From: Hydrurus foetidus
Lineage: Eukaryota
Assembly: GCA_900617105.1 (NCBI GenBank)
Contig: UYFQ01000767.1
Location: 1-64,000 of the forward strand
Reading direction: 5' to 3'
DNA: 64,000 nucleotides
Below the pieces are notes generated by a model. The model saw only the letters and a program-made list of their open reading frames with translations. It ran no database searches and was not told the DNA's origin. Below are positions 25,934-38,050 of the stretch, in pieces (the stretch's first letter is position 1; every line of letters starts with the position of its first letter). The position numbers and the translations under genes were made by a program.

Positions 25934-27582
25934 CCGTCGCCGACCTCTTTATTTATTTTTATGGGCGACATTGGCCTCAAACAGGTCCAGGGTTCTATAC
26001 CTATCAGTGATACCTCAATCTTGCCTTCTTCTAGCAAGACATCTCTCAATTGACCATACCTGCGGGAAGTTCATGGTTCAATCGAAGCAGGTTGATGTGT
26101 TCTCCATGCACGCATGGCAATTTTTTGATTTATCGAAAATTCATGATAATCCTCTGACATAACGTCGGCCTCTCAAAATCGCGTTCTGTGACTGAATTAC
26201 ACTGACCATTCTTCTGCAGATTTCAGGAGACCAAGCGCAACTGGTTTTTATATGTTGTTTGAAATAGATTCCAGCTAGAGCGACAACTTTCGTCTACCCA
26301 AGACATTTTTTTAGGTTTTCTCAAAACTGCTGCACATTGAAGTTGCAAATGACACCTTCGCGTAGCTAATTTAGCGCTTCTGATACGACCAATGATTCTT
26401 ATTGACCTTTACTTACCCCAATCAGCTTTCGTCTGCTCCAGCTAAAGATGATGTGGGCGTGAACCATTCCAACTTTGCAAATTTTCGCGCTAAATATGCG
26501 CTGCATGCTTATTTTAGTAATTTCTTAAGCAACATGTCTATCCACGAGCTATTCATTTTTGGGATACACTACAAAAGTCCACTCCAAGTCAAGGATTGAA
26601 GCGGGGAGTCGGCTGAAGTGGCGCCAACCATGAAATACCCAGAAATGTTGACTGTGCCCCGAAGTGGTCGAGAGAGAAAGGGAAAAAGCGTATTGGATGA
26701 TAGTTAACTGAATAACAGTTTACATTGACAGAAAATAAGGAAGTCAAGCAGCTTATTAAATTGCTAAGTAACGTAGAGCAATCAAATCAAATGGTGCGCA
26801 TTTAATTCACCGCCAGCACCGCATGAGATGGGTGGCATGATTTCTGCCTTCCGTTCATCAATACCTGCGAGAAATGAATAGAAAAAAAAATGCAAGAGCT
26901 TCGCCTCATGCCGGTGAGGATCATCTACTTTGTGATCAAACAGGAATGAAAAATGGTTTATATCATAACAGGTTTGAAATTAATAATGCAGGAAGTCAAT
27001 ATCATCAGTATTAAGAAATGGCGAAGGGTTCCCCACCATAAAGGTTGTCAGGATTCCTCCTCAATCTGCAGACAGATCCTCTCCTGACTTTAATCCCTGC
27101 ACCCAATGCAAAGAGCCCAGTAGCTTCGCAACTGAAACGGTATACCTGCATCATTCCTGGATGTAATGAGATTCAGCAAAAAGTTAATTTGAATTCGACA
27201 ACTGCTGAACTTCTGTCGCTCTCGGCATATTCATAAAGTTCCACCAAATATCTCGAAGAAAATAAATCGATGAGGATCATCGCTGTTGAGGACGTTATGA
27301 AATTGGTAATCTCACCTATCACTCTCTCAAATGAAGCCGTTCTTTGCAGCAACAATTTGAAGATTAAATGGACGTTTTCGTCCACGGGACGGCAGCAGAT
27401 GGTAGTCACGAACAAATCTCAAAATCTCTGCTACTCAGAATTTGCAGCGAAGCAGAATTGATATTGTTGTTGTAATTTGAATAATGTTGGGATGTAAACG
27501 AGTATATACTCACCAGCGGCGAATAAATCGGCTATGTCGGGAGTCTACACTCAAACGGTAAAAATAAAGAGGTCGGCGACGG
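25934..27582. mobile_element. Non-autonomous TIR DNA transposon with TA TSD (Tc1/mariner/pogo-like)
   Basis: Perfect inverted ends ta-ccgtcgccgacctctttattt ... aaataaagaggtcggcgacgg-ta. No recognisable transposase inside. Confidence 0.75.
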
Positions 27583-27623
27583 TATTGTGGTGGGGCAGCT
27601 CGTCGAGCTACCGTATGGGGGAT

Positions 27624-27837
27624 TAAAGTTCGTCACTTTTGTATACGGTATACATAATATATGATTCTTCGGGACGCATTCGATAACAAGGACGCAGGCA
27701 TGCGTAAACGGTTTAGTAAAGTTCGTCACTTTTGTATACGGTATACATAATATATGATTCTTCGGGACGCATTCGATAACAAGGACGCAGGCATGCGTAT
27801 ACGGTTTAGTAAAGTTCGTTACTTTCGTATACGGTAT
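27624..27837. repeat. 93-bp tandem repeat, ~2.3 copies
   Basis: taaagttcgt... recurs at 27624, 27717 and 27810. Confidence 0.9.
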
Positions 27838-28859
27838 TCGAATCCAAATATGGAGTTGGGACCAGGCGTGTATAAACAGTTTATGTACATTTAATTGGGC
27901 CCAATAATTTGAAAACATTTAATTATACACTTCACTTATTGCTGACAGTACACTTAATACTTAATGTACATTTAAATGTTACATTTAAATACACTTAAGT
28001 GTCACATTATAAATATTAAATGTGCATTTAAGTGTACCATTTTAAATGCACATTTATAATGTTACATTTAAATCTGACACTTCTTCTCACAATGTCGGAA
28101 ACAGCTGTTGCCCGAGTGGTCGGGCCGCGGTTGCCTGCCTACCTTTCACAACAGAAGTGGGTACGATTCCCCCAAACCTAGTGCGTTATGGGGTCGAGTA
28201 GACTACACCAATCCTTCGGGAGGTATAAAAAGTCTCGGAATCGGATCTTAAGGGACAAGCAGAAGGAGATCTGATATAGTGCGTAGTACGGAGTCATACA
28301 GTATGGTCTAGCAAGGAGAGTTTCTGCCTCCAAAGCTTCCAGCTGAGAGCTGTACGGAATAGTATCACACCTCAACAAAGTGTACCACCTGAACAAATAG
28401 AAGTATTTACACGGTTTATTGAGAATGGGCGGTAGCTTGCGGTCGCTTGTGCAGGTTCTCCGCAGAAGGACGGACCGGGGCGGCCATCACCGTTCAAGAT
28501 ATTTTGGGGGGGTACAAAGAAAATGGTGGTTATCGGAACCGAATCCGGGACAAATTTTCATTTCAGATTTCCTGTTGATTGCTTGTGATCCGGACGAAGA
28601 GCTCACAATTTTACTAAGCAGGAGCAGTACATAGCGATCTGATATATTTGTTAGCAACACATACCGGTTCGACATATTTTTTTTGAGAATAGAACCTCTG
28701 AACATCTCGCTATCCATCCGCCGTCCTCACATAGTAGCCTTGTGCTATGTTACATTGAGTTGGGAGAGGAAGATAATTTGTTCGTTCTAAGCGAAAAAGA
28801 ATTTATCGAACCGTTGTGAGTTGCGACTCAATTGTGTGTGATTCGACTCTCGGAAGTGA

Positions 28860-30530
28860 TTGACAATGAGCTCTAACGGCACAATTGGTGATGGACTCGA
28901 CGAGAATGTTACCGGGCCTAGTCCAGCTGTGAGAAAAAGGGTCAGAGCAGCGGAATTATCGACTAGTTTGACACAGTTTGGAGGTTATGAGAAGGCACCA
29001 GAGGCACTAGAAGCATGGATTGCAGCATCGAGTCTCACAGTTATGACATCGAGCACGGAGGCTGGTCGCCGAATGGGAGACTATAATGTCAGAAGAGTTG
29101 AGACGAAGGATGTCGGCCCATTGGAGGTCGGTCTAGTCGCAATCGAGGAGCTAGATGCAAATGAAGCAAGAGACATGGATTTTGTGGCTTCTTCCGATAT
29201 TCTATTCTTTGAATTCCTCGGCAAGCCTGGAGCAGTAGCGTACATACGATGCTTAGGATGCCTCGGTGATCATCCGGAAGGTTCTGAACTGGCTGGCAAG
29301 CGCTTAACAGTGGAGCGACCCTCTCACTTTTTGCTTGCAATGGGGGACCTTTTGGATGCTGCAATTAGTCTGAAGACTTCAAACTCGTCCAATGGACGAG
29401 ATTTGTCCGGTGCTCCAAGGGAAAAGAAGCCGACCAACAGAGCGCAGGATGCTGGGGGTGAGCGCGTAGAAGGTGAGAAAAGCGGGAATTATTTTATAGT
29501 TACGAGGGATGGGATGAGGTTTCCGACGAGAGACAAGAGCAACCTTCAGATTCGTTGCGATCAACTGGAATTTATGTGGAGAGCAGCAGACAAAGGGTTA
29601 TGGAAGCACATGGCCGGCTCGGGATATAAGTTGCAATCAGATATTTACTGGAGGAAGGTTCTAGAGGAAGCAGAAGTCCTTCAACAGCCGGTAGATTCGG
29701 CGTTTCACAGAGCCAGGAAAGTATACTTGATCATTGGGACAGGCATAGCTACTAAGCCGAAATTGTTGGAGCTGTTTTTGCGCGGAGAGTTTGGGGAGGA
29801 TGGTCTCACACTCGACTCTTTCAGTGCGGGATCAAGGCTTACCACGACGGCCTTTCCGTGCATCCTACAGAACGCACCGCTTGTGGGTGCATTGGAGGCA
29901 ATAGCAGTCGCGCTAGAGGTGCTATTCTCATCGGAATTCGCGGGCGTATGTGATGATCTCGTAGAGGTTCTGCGAGGGCATCTTAGGCCACTGAGACTAA
30001 CAGATTCGGGTTTTCTCGTTCACACCGTGGAGAGGATATTCGTCAAGTTCTTCCGGATCGTAAGCAAGGACGATGAGGACCGAGAGATCCCAAACAGTGA
30101 CATTACGAGTCCTACCGGTTGCGCCAGTCTGTTAGAGGGCATGTTAAAAAAGATGGTGGACGAGCTAGTGGATGTCGCAAAGGTCACCACCCTTGAGAAA
30201 AGGTACACCGTTCTCATGAGACTAAGGAAGGAGCGCGCGTCCGATAAAATCGTAGTTGAGAAAGTCAAAGCACCGGCTATCGGTCGTGGACGAAACGACG
30301 TCAAAGTGGGTATTGACCAGTGTGGTTCGCATCTAGGTCAGCTCTTGAAAGCATCGAAGAGAAATGGATCGCCGTTAAAGTGCTTGAAGGGCAGCGAGTG
30401 CAAGTATGTCCATGGTAAGCTCAGCGACTTATCGAAAGCAGCTGCAGTCCTTCTGGTGGCGACAATGCCGGGGTGGCTACAAGACTGTTTATCACCGCTA
30501 GTTGCGACGTGCAAAGGCTTTAAGTCGTAG
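28860..30530 (+). CDS. ORF1, gag-like protein with C-terminal Cys/His finger
   Basis: 556-aa ORF with CGSHLG...CLKGSECKYVH; first ORF of the element. Confidence 0.75.
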   Translation: MTMSSNGTIGDGLDENVTGPSPAVRKRVRAAELSTSLTQFGGYEKAPEALEAWIAASSLTVMTSSTEAGRRMGDYNVRRVETKDVGPLEVGLVAIEELDANEARDMDFVASSDILFFEFLGKPGAVAYIRCLGCLGDHPEGSELAGKRLTVERPSHFLLAMGDLLDAAISLKTSNSSNGRDLSGAPREKKPTNRAQDAGGERVEGEKSGNYFIVTRDGMRFPTRDKSNLQIRCDQLEFMWRAADKGLWKHMAGSGYKLQSDIYWRKVLEEAEVLQQPVDSAFHRARKVYLIIGTGIATKPKLLELFLRGEFGEDGLTLDSFSAGSRLTTTAFPCILQNAPLVGALEAIAVALEVLFSSEFAGVCDDLVEVLRGHLRPLRLTDSGFLVHTVERIFVKFFRIVSKDDEDREIPNSDITSPTGCASLLEGMLKKMVDELVDVAKVTTLEKRYTVLMRLRKERASDKIVVEKVKAPAIGRGRNDVKVGIDQCGSHLGQLLKASKRNGSPLKCLKGSECKYVHGKLSDLSKAAAVLLVATMPGWLQDCLSPLVATCKGFKS

Positions 30531-30569
30531 GACGCAGGTGGTAGACGCCCGAGGGCTCTACTACTAGGA

Positions 30570-33119
30570 ATGGCGCATGAAAAAGATCGTATAGGAGTCA
30601 TCGAGGGCTCAAAGGGGGAGGCCAGAGGGTTTCAGAATCCGTTAGCGCCACGAGGAGGAGGGGAACGGAGTGTCGATGGAATGCGGGAGACACTGGCATT
30701 TGGAAGTAGCCATGGTTCAAAACGGGTACCATCGCAGGAAATAAGGATGTCAAGTGGAGCTTTAAGCAAGATAGACTTCGACGTACTTAGCGTAGGTAGC
30801 TGCCGGGCAGGAGAGATAGAGGGATCGACAGGGGAGGTCAGAGGGTCTGCGGACTCAATAGTGCCACGAGGAGGAGGAGAAAGATACGGCGAGAAAGTTA
30901 ACGAGACATGGGCGTCAGGAAATCTCGACGGGACCACATGTGAGTCACCGAATAAAAGCATGAGACCAAGTGGAGCCATGTGTAAAGCGGAGCTCCAAAG
31001 AGTAAAGGGGGAGATTTGCCCAGATCTCATAGAGAGTGTGATGAAGACAGCTGTAAGCATGTTCTCGTCGCAAGACAGCCTTTCCTTTGAAAGCTTGACA
31101 GATTTGATAATCGAAGCAATTGCCAGCACAGACGGGAACTTCGGGGTCCAAGAGGCTGTCAAGTGGGCTAACGGGTATGAGTTTCCTCAAGAACTTGTCG
31201 ACAGCGATTTACGCCTTTTTAGAGCCTCTCAGCTGGATTTTAACAAAATGGTTGAGAGGAGATTGAAGAAACTTGGGCTTAACAGACTCTCACAAGCCCG
31301 AGTGTCCCGACTGCGCGAAGATAACCCAGAGCGTGAGCGCCTTTTTGATATTGCAAAAGGTATGAGGGTACCATTTCCGGCGGGTTTCACGCCCAACGGA
31401 AAAGGTCTGCTGACTCCGTTACGTCCTGCATACGTGGACGTACATCAAGCGGTCGATAAGATGCTAGCTGACTTACATGCCCAGGGCCTTGCCTTCTGTC
31501 TCCCAAAGAAAGAAGCGATAGCTCTGATCGATGGACTCCACCTTGGAAAAGCATCATGGACACCAAAGAAAGGTAAAGCCTCGGGACGAAGTATAGGGGA
31601 CATGTCCTTCTGTGATGGGACTCCCCTCAACTGCGACGAATCCAAGGAAATTGCGGAGAGCTGGTGGGGGAAGATAGAGCTCCCGACGATAGACGACGTG
31701 GTAGTAATGGTTCTCGAGTACTACGAATCCGAGTGTCTGCGGGCGCCATCTACGAGATGGGAGGACCTGCGGCTCTGGAAAACCGATCTTCGGGGGGCTT
31801 ATCAACTACTTTCGCTGCGTCCAGAGTGCGCTAAATACTTCGGAATGGAGATATCCAGGGAGAGAGTGTACATTCATTTGTGCGGCATTTTTGGTTGGAC
31901 GTGCACTCCGGCCGCCTTCCAGGTCGTATCACGCGGAATTCAGTGGGAGCTGATGCATCGCCTGAAAGGACGATGCAAGATGTACGTTGACGATATTGTA
32001 GGTGTCTGCATGGCTGACAGTGTCAGTGATGAAATCCAATGTGCAAAGAGTGTTTGCACCGACCTTCTAGGACCATATGCGATTGCAGAGGACAAAACAG
32101 AAAGCGGCACCCGGCTGGACGTTCTAGGTTATGTTCTCGACCTTCGGCTGAGCCTCGTGTCGATATCGAGGAAGAATTTCATGAACGCGGTCTACGGCTT
32201 TTTCACTACAGCAGTTGACAAAAAGATTGATCTCGCTTCAGCGCAAAAGCTGGCCTCATGGGGCAGCCGGTACTCAAAAATCTGTCGGGCAATGCGCCCG
32301 TTCTGTGGCGCCCTGCACAGAGCAACAGCGGGTAGAAAAAATCGGCACGCTAAATTTTTAATACCTGAGGAGGCTCGGCGAGCAATACGAGGCTGGAGAG
32401 CGATGCTCTACTTAGTGTCTTTTGATGAACAGAAGTACTCGCGACGCATGAGATCATTTCTCCCTGAGAAACTCAAGTATATAGTCGAATTCGATGCCTC
32501 GCTCTCGGGTGCAGGCATACTCTGGTATAAGCGGATGGCAAACGGCTCTGAGTTAGCAATAGGGGGCAGCGCAGTTGACCTAAGAGATCTAGAATTTGGT
32601 TCAGATTCCTCCTTCCAAAATACAGCAGAATATATCGGATGTATATTGGGGCTTGTGGGGTTGGCTTTACTAGGCGTTAGAGATGCAGACGTTGAAATCA
32701 GGGGGGACAGTGTTGCGGCATTAACATGGGCGGAAACAGAGAGACCTAGGGGGGAACTGGTGACAAATGCGTCAATGGTCTTTACGTTACTGGTCGTCAA
32801 CTTTAATCTGGACGTAAAAGAGAGTGTTCACATATCGGGTGAAGATAACTGGAGATGCGATAAATTATCTCGGCTCAGCGAGTCAGGTGAAGGAATCGCA
32901 GTTGCTTTAGCAGGGGTGGGACTAGAGGGGACGGCCGTTATTGATCTGCAAGAGAATTGTCAAGTGCGGATACTATTAGCGAGTTGTAATCCTAGAAGAT
33001 GCTTTGATGGAGACGAGTCATTTCTCGAATTCTGGGGGGCAGTTAGGGACGCCCTCAAAGAAATTGCGAGAGAGGCCACTAACAAAACTGCCACTTCTTT
33101 CGCTACCAATGAATCGTAG
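30570..33119 (+). CDS. ORF2, reverse transcriptase + RNase H (DIRS type)
   Basis: KTDLRGAYQLL, IFGWTCTP, MYVDD, LGYVLD. RNase H motifs FDASLSGAG, AEY, GDS, HISGEDNWRCDKLSR. Confidence 0.93.
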   Translation: MAHEKDRIGVIEGSKGEARGFQNPLAPRGGGERSVDGMRETLAFGSSHGSKRVPSQEIRMSSGALSKIDFDVLSVGSCRAGEIEGSTGEVRGSADSIVPRGGGERYGEKVNETWASGNLDGTTCESPNKSMRPSGAMCKAELQRVKGEICPDLIESVMKTAVSMFSSQDSLSFESLTDLIIEAIASTDGNFGVQEAVKWANGYEFPQELVDSDLRLFRASQLDFNKMVERRLKKLGLNRLSQARVSRLREDNPERERLFDIAKGMRVPFPAGFTPNGKGLLTPLRPAYVDVHQAVDKMLADLHAQGLAFCLPKKEAIALIDGLHLGKASWTPKKGKASGRSIGDMSFCDGTPLNCDESKEIAESWWGKIELPTIDDVVVMVLEYYESECLRAPSTRWEDLRLWKTDLRGAYQLLSLRPECAKYFGMEISRERVYIHLCGIFGWTCTPAAFQVVSRGIQWELMHRLKGRCKMYVDDIVGVCMADSVSDEIQCAKSVCTDLLGPYAIAEDKTESGTRLDVLGYVLDLRLSLVSISRKNFMNAVYGFFTTAVDKKIDLASAQKLASWGSRYSKICRAMRPFCGALHRATAGRKNRHAKFLIPEEARRAIRGWRAMLYLVSFDEQKYSRRMRSFLPEKLKYIVEFDASLSGAGILWYKRMANGSELAIGGSAVDLRDLEFGSDSSFQNTAEYIGCILGLVGLALLGVRDADVEIRGDSVAALTWAETERPRGELVTNASMVFTLLVVNFNLDVKESVHISGEDNWRCDKLSRLSESGEGIAVALAGVGLEGTAVIDLQENCQVRILLASCNPRRCFDGDESFLEFWGAVRDALKEIAREATNKTATSFATNES

Positions 33120-33121
33120 GT

Positions 33122-34378
33122 ATGAGAGCGGTGCCTGCGGCCAATCGAGTCGAGGAGGTGGGGATCGACGATGAAGGTTGGGCGGCAACGAAGTTGCAGG
33201 GGGAAGAGTTAAGTTCATTCCTGACGAAAGGAGTGACGAAGGGCACCAGAAATAGTTATGCGTCAGACTGGAAAGCTTGGACAACGTATATCAAGGAGAA
33301 GCAGGGAGGGGCTGCTGTTAAGGACGTGTACTTGGACAAAGTTAAGGACGAGAAAGACAAAGCTATCGTGTTAGCGCTATTCTTCAAGGTGAGGTACGAA
33401 TAAAGTGGGATGAGAGGAAGACAGGCGACGTCGGTGAGCGCTGGAATCAAGCATCACTTTGCCGCAGCTCTGAAGCCGGTGGACTGGTTCGATTCTCAGA
33501 TCGTTAAGAACGCTAGGAGTGCATGTAGGATGTCCTGCGACGAGCTGAGAGTTCATAAGAAGGAGGCAAAGAGCAAAGCCACCGTACCTATCAGCGAAGA
33601 TATGATAGCAGCTGCGAGGGCCAGGCTTTGGGAAGGGAGAAGCTGGAATTGGGGAGATATAGACGCCAGAATGACTTACGTGGGCCTCATGTGGGGCTTT
33701 GACCAGGTCGCGAGAATTAGCGAGTACACCTCTGCCGAAGTATCTGCGGAAGATCACTGTGTGCGGTTGTGGCAGTTATCATTTATTGCAGAGGTGAATT
33801 GTGATGGTCAGCAGCGTGTGATCCCCGGATCAGCACTAAGCGCCGAAATGAAATCACTTCCAGTGCCCATTATCGTAGCGTGCGAAGTCGAAGCGTCATC
33901 CCACAAATGCGGGGCTCTAAGCAAGAAGAAGGTGATCGGACGAAGAAGCAGAGAGGAGGGCAGGTGGTTGGATGACCTAGTGGAATGGTTAACAACTGCT
34001 GATCTAGCTAAAGAGGATCAAATTTTCACGCGATACAAGGCGAAGGTAATTGGGGGGAAGGTTTACAGGAAGCGGTTATCGGCTGAAATGGTCAGGGTTG
34101 CAGTCAAGGACATGGCAACAGCATCAGGATTCCCGTCGGAGAGGTTCTCGGCTCATTCCCTACGTAAAGGAGGAATGACCCAGATGAGGGGGCTTGGAGC
34201 GTCAGTAGATGACCGGAGGGATCGAGGTAATTATGCAGACGGGTCTGTTGTCTTCGACACTATCTACGACTACTCCGCAGTCGCCCTTGGCCCGTTGGCT
34301 TGTAATGTAAACGTAGGCGTGGGCAACACCATCAAACCGACGACCCAACATGTGGGGAGGTGCCTTCCGGTGAGGTAA
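33122..34378 (+). CDS. ORF3, tyrosine recombinase with one in-frame TAA (33401-33403)
   Basis: TRNSYASDWKAW N-domain, ARISEY (R), SAHSLRKGG (HxxR), RGNY and terminal Y. The ORFs at 33122 and 33410 share a frame. Confidence 0.9.
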
Positions 34379-35102
34379 TTGAGGGCCACCTTAGGCAGTG
34401 TTCGGGTGGAAGGTGACCCCCCTAAGGGATCCGCGATGGGTCTAGGGAACCTGGGTCAATATGTTTTGCGAGCACGCCCAATGTAAAATAACAAGGCACA
34501 TGATGATTAGCGGGCTTGTGTGGTCAAAAGACAGGGAGAACAAAGGTGGGAAATATCGAGGGGTACGGCAGCGCCTTAACCGGAGTCGCAGTGAGAATTG
34601 AGAATGGGCGGTAGCTTGCGGTCGCTTGTGCAGGTTCTCCGCAGAAGGACGGACCGGGGCGGCCATCACCGTTCAAGATATTTTTGGGGGTACAAAGAAA
34701 ATGGTGGTTATCGGAACCGAATCCGGGACAAATTTTCATTTCAGATTTCCTGTTGATTGCTTGTGATCCGGACGAAGAGCTCACAATTTTACTAAGCAGG
34801 AGCAGTACATAGCGATCTGATATATTTGTTACCCCGTAGCCAGCCATGCCTATCATAGAAATTTTAGTTTTTGTTATTTGATTGTTCGCATTTTGCATAT
34901 TGCCACATGGGTGGAAGGTGACCCCCCTAAGGGATCCGCGATGGGTCTAGGGAACCTGGGTCAATATGTTTTGCGAGCACGCCCAATGTAAAATAACAAG
35001 GCACATGATGATTAGCGGGCTTGTGTGGTCAAAAGACAGGGAGAACAAAGGTGGGAAATATCGAGGGGTACGGCAGCACCTTAACCGGAGTCGCAGTGAG
35101 AA

Positions 35103-38050
35103 CTCATAGTGTGTCATGTACGTTATCCGTACAGTAATAAAAATTGACGCGTCCTGAGACGCGTCGTTCGGGTACTATTTACACGGTTTACTCACAGACG
35201 CGTCCGTATACATATGTATACGGTTTAGAAAAAGCACCTAGAGGAACTAAGACCACCAATATGAATTCAGGACGCGTCAGAAACCGAGGACGCATGTATC
35301 TGTATACGGTTTAATAGCAACATGGTCCCTCAAGAATTCAGGACGCGTCTTGTAAAAGGACGCGTAAAATACAGTGTAACAACGTATGAACCGTTGTAGG
35401 GTATGAACGATCCACGTAACACCCAGTGGGAATCCATCTCGGCTACAACGATCTTACAACCTGCAACACTGGCGACGGCACGACAGCCTGCCAGTATAGT
35501 AACTGCAATGTCCGAAAGGATCACAGATTACGGACAATGAAATGCCTTGAGGGAGAACAACAGAGATACGTGCTCTGATCTACCACGATGGAGAATCATT
35601 ACATGTAAACTTGATCCATTAGGAACTTTTGTACAAGAGACAGAGACATAAAGAACTCTCTCACAAGAATCGTGGAGCCTGCATGTAGGCATATAGTAAA
35701 TCAAACATAACCCTTGTACATTATAGAAAGCCTACTCTACACGCACGTGTTTAATCGATCCAATTATCCTGACCAAATAGGAAAATCAAAAGGAAAATCA
35801 AAAAGCGCCCAGCCACACATCAACCATACGTCCAGCCAACACATCTACCAATAGCCCTGCCAACACATCTACCGACCGCCCATCCAACATATCCTCGAAC
35901 AGACCAATCGCCACATCAACGGACCGCCCAGCCAATCATCTACCAACCGCCAAGCCACCACATCTACCAACCGCCCAGCTGCCACATCTACCAACCGCCC
36001 ATCCTACACATCTACAAACCGCCCCGCCTCTACATCTACTTACCGCCCAGCCGACACGTCTACCAACCGCCCAACCGACACATCAACCGACCCCACAGCG
36101 GACTTATCTTCCGACCGACCAGCCGCCACATCAACGAAACGTCCAGCCGCAAAGCCAACACATCTACCATCTGCCCGTCCAACACATCTCCCAACTTCCC
36201 AGCCAACACATCTAACTACCGCCCGGCGCACATATCTTCCAACCGACCAGCCGCCACTAGACGAAACGCCTAGCCAATTAATCTACCAACTGCACAGCCA
36301 CCACATCTACCAACTGCCCAGCCAACACATTTACCAGACGCGCAGTCAGCACATCAGACGACCGCCTAGCCTACAATGCAACCAACCACCCAGCCAACAC
36401 AACAACCAACCGTCCGGCCAACACATCTACATTATCGTAATAATTAAGATGTTTTTATGCTGTACTTGATTGTAAACATACATAATGACTCACTCGACTA
36501 ATGCACATAAATAATGAAACGTTTATACCATTAATCTTCTTTTTAAATCGTGAGTATTTAGGCCTCAAACTCACGCTTAACGAAAAGCAGACCTGATCGA
36601 CAATGCTCCGCGAAATTTGGTTAGTATATACATGTTTTACATGTTAATTGTCATATTCATTATCCGGACAGTATAAGAATATAACGCGTTACAGGCATGT
36701 TACTCACACGGTTAACTCATAGAATGTCCTCTTGGTTATCCGTACTGTATTAAATATACACGCGTCCCCTGGGACGCGACGTTTGGTTAATATTTACACG
36801 GTGGAGTCATAGAGTGTCATGATCGTTATCCGTACAGTAATAAAAATTGACGCGTCCTGAGACGCGTCGTTCGGGTAGTATTTACACGGTTTACTGATAG
36901 TGTGTCATGTACGTTATCCGTACAGTAATAAAAATTGACGCGTCCTGAGACGCGTCGTTCGGGTAGTATTTACACGGTTTACTGATAGTGTGTCATGTAC
37001 GTTATCCGTACAGTAATAAAAATTGACGCGTCCTGAGACGCGTCGTTCGGGTAGTATTTACACGGTTTACTGATAGTGTGTCATGTACGTTATCCGTACA
37101 GTAATAAAAATTGACGCGTCCTGAGACGCGTCGTTCGGGTAGTATTTACACGGTTTACTCACAGACGCGTCCGTATACATATGTATACGGTTTAGAAAAA
37201 GCACCTAGAGGAACTAAGACCACCAATAAGAATTCAGGACGCGTCAGAAACCGAGGACGCATGTATCTGTATACGGTTTAATAGCAACATGGTCCCTCAA
37301 GAATTCAGGACGCGTCTTGTAAAAGGACGCGTGAAATACAGTGTAACAACGTATGAACCGTTGTAGGGTATGGACGATCCACGTAACACCCAGTGGGAAA
37401 CCATCTCGGCTACAACGATCTTACAACCTGCAACACTGGCGACGGCACGACAGCCTGCCAGTATAGTAACTGCAATGTCCGAAAGATCACAGATTACGGA
37501 CAATGAAATGCCTTGAGGGAGAACAACAGAGATACGTGCTCTGATCTACCACGATGGAGAATCATTACATGTAAACTTGATCCAGTAGGAACTTTTGTAC
37601 AAGAGACAGAGACATAAAGAACTCTCTCACAAGAAATCGTGGAGCCTGCATGTAGGCATATAGTAAGATCGAAAAAAACCATAGTACATTATAGAACAGC
37701 CTAATATACATGTCACCTATTTAATCAACATCAATCATCCTGACCAAATAGGACAACCGCCCAGCCAACACATCTACAAACCGCCTAGCCAACAAATCTA
37801 CCAACCGCCTAGCCAATACCTGTATCAACCGACCAGCCGCCACATCAACCAACCGCCCAGCCAACACATCGACCAACCGCCCAGCCAACACCTGTACCAA
37901 CCGATCAGCCAACACTTCTACCGACCGGCCATCCAACACATCAACCAACAGGCCAGCCAACACCTATACCAACCGACGAGCCAATACCAACGACAGCACC
38001 TTTACCGACCGCCCAGCCAACACCTGTACCAACCGTTCAGCCAACAAGAA
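35103..38050. repeat. Tandem segmental duplication (offset ~1967 bp): 35103-~35800 = 37070-~37750, each followed by a 24-bp minisatellite
   Basis: Near-identical blocks, also visible as twin ORFs 35330-35524 and 37297-37503. ccaaccgcccagccaacacatcta arrays at ~35800-36430 and ~37755-38045. Confidence 0.9.
36790..37160. repeat. 88-bp tandem array (4+ copies) containing paired GACGCGTC palindromes
   Basis: cgttatccgtacag at 36824, 36912, 37000 and 37088. Further copies at 35103-35190 and a degenerate one at ~36700-36790. Confidence 0.93.

Larger units (their letters stand above)
28419..35102 (+). mobile_element. Ngaro-like (DIRS order) tyrosine-recombinase retrotransposon with split direct repeats
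   Basis: A1 28419-28653 matches A2 34598-34831 and B1 34404-34597 matches B2 34909-35102. Contains gag-like, RT/RNaseH and YR ORFs. No TSD and no methyltransferase ORF seen. Confidence 0.93.

Noticed and set aside
33401..33403. In-frame TAA in three TE genes (6001, 33401, 44316) suggesting stop-codon reassignment or readthrough
   Set aside because: Long ORFs elsewhere lack internal TAA and several genes end in TAA. Ordinary nonsense mutations in decaying elements explain it.
36790..37160. Regular repeat with palindromes resembling a CRISPR array
   Set aside because: Units are identical along their whole length with no unique spacers, there are no cas genes, and the context is eukaryotic.
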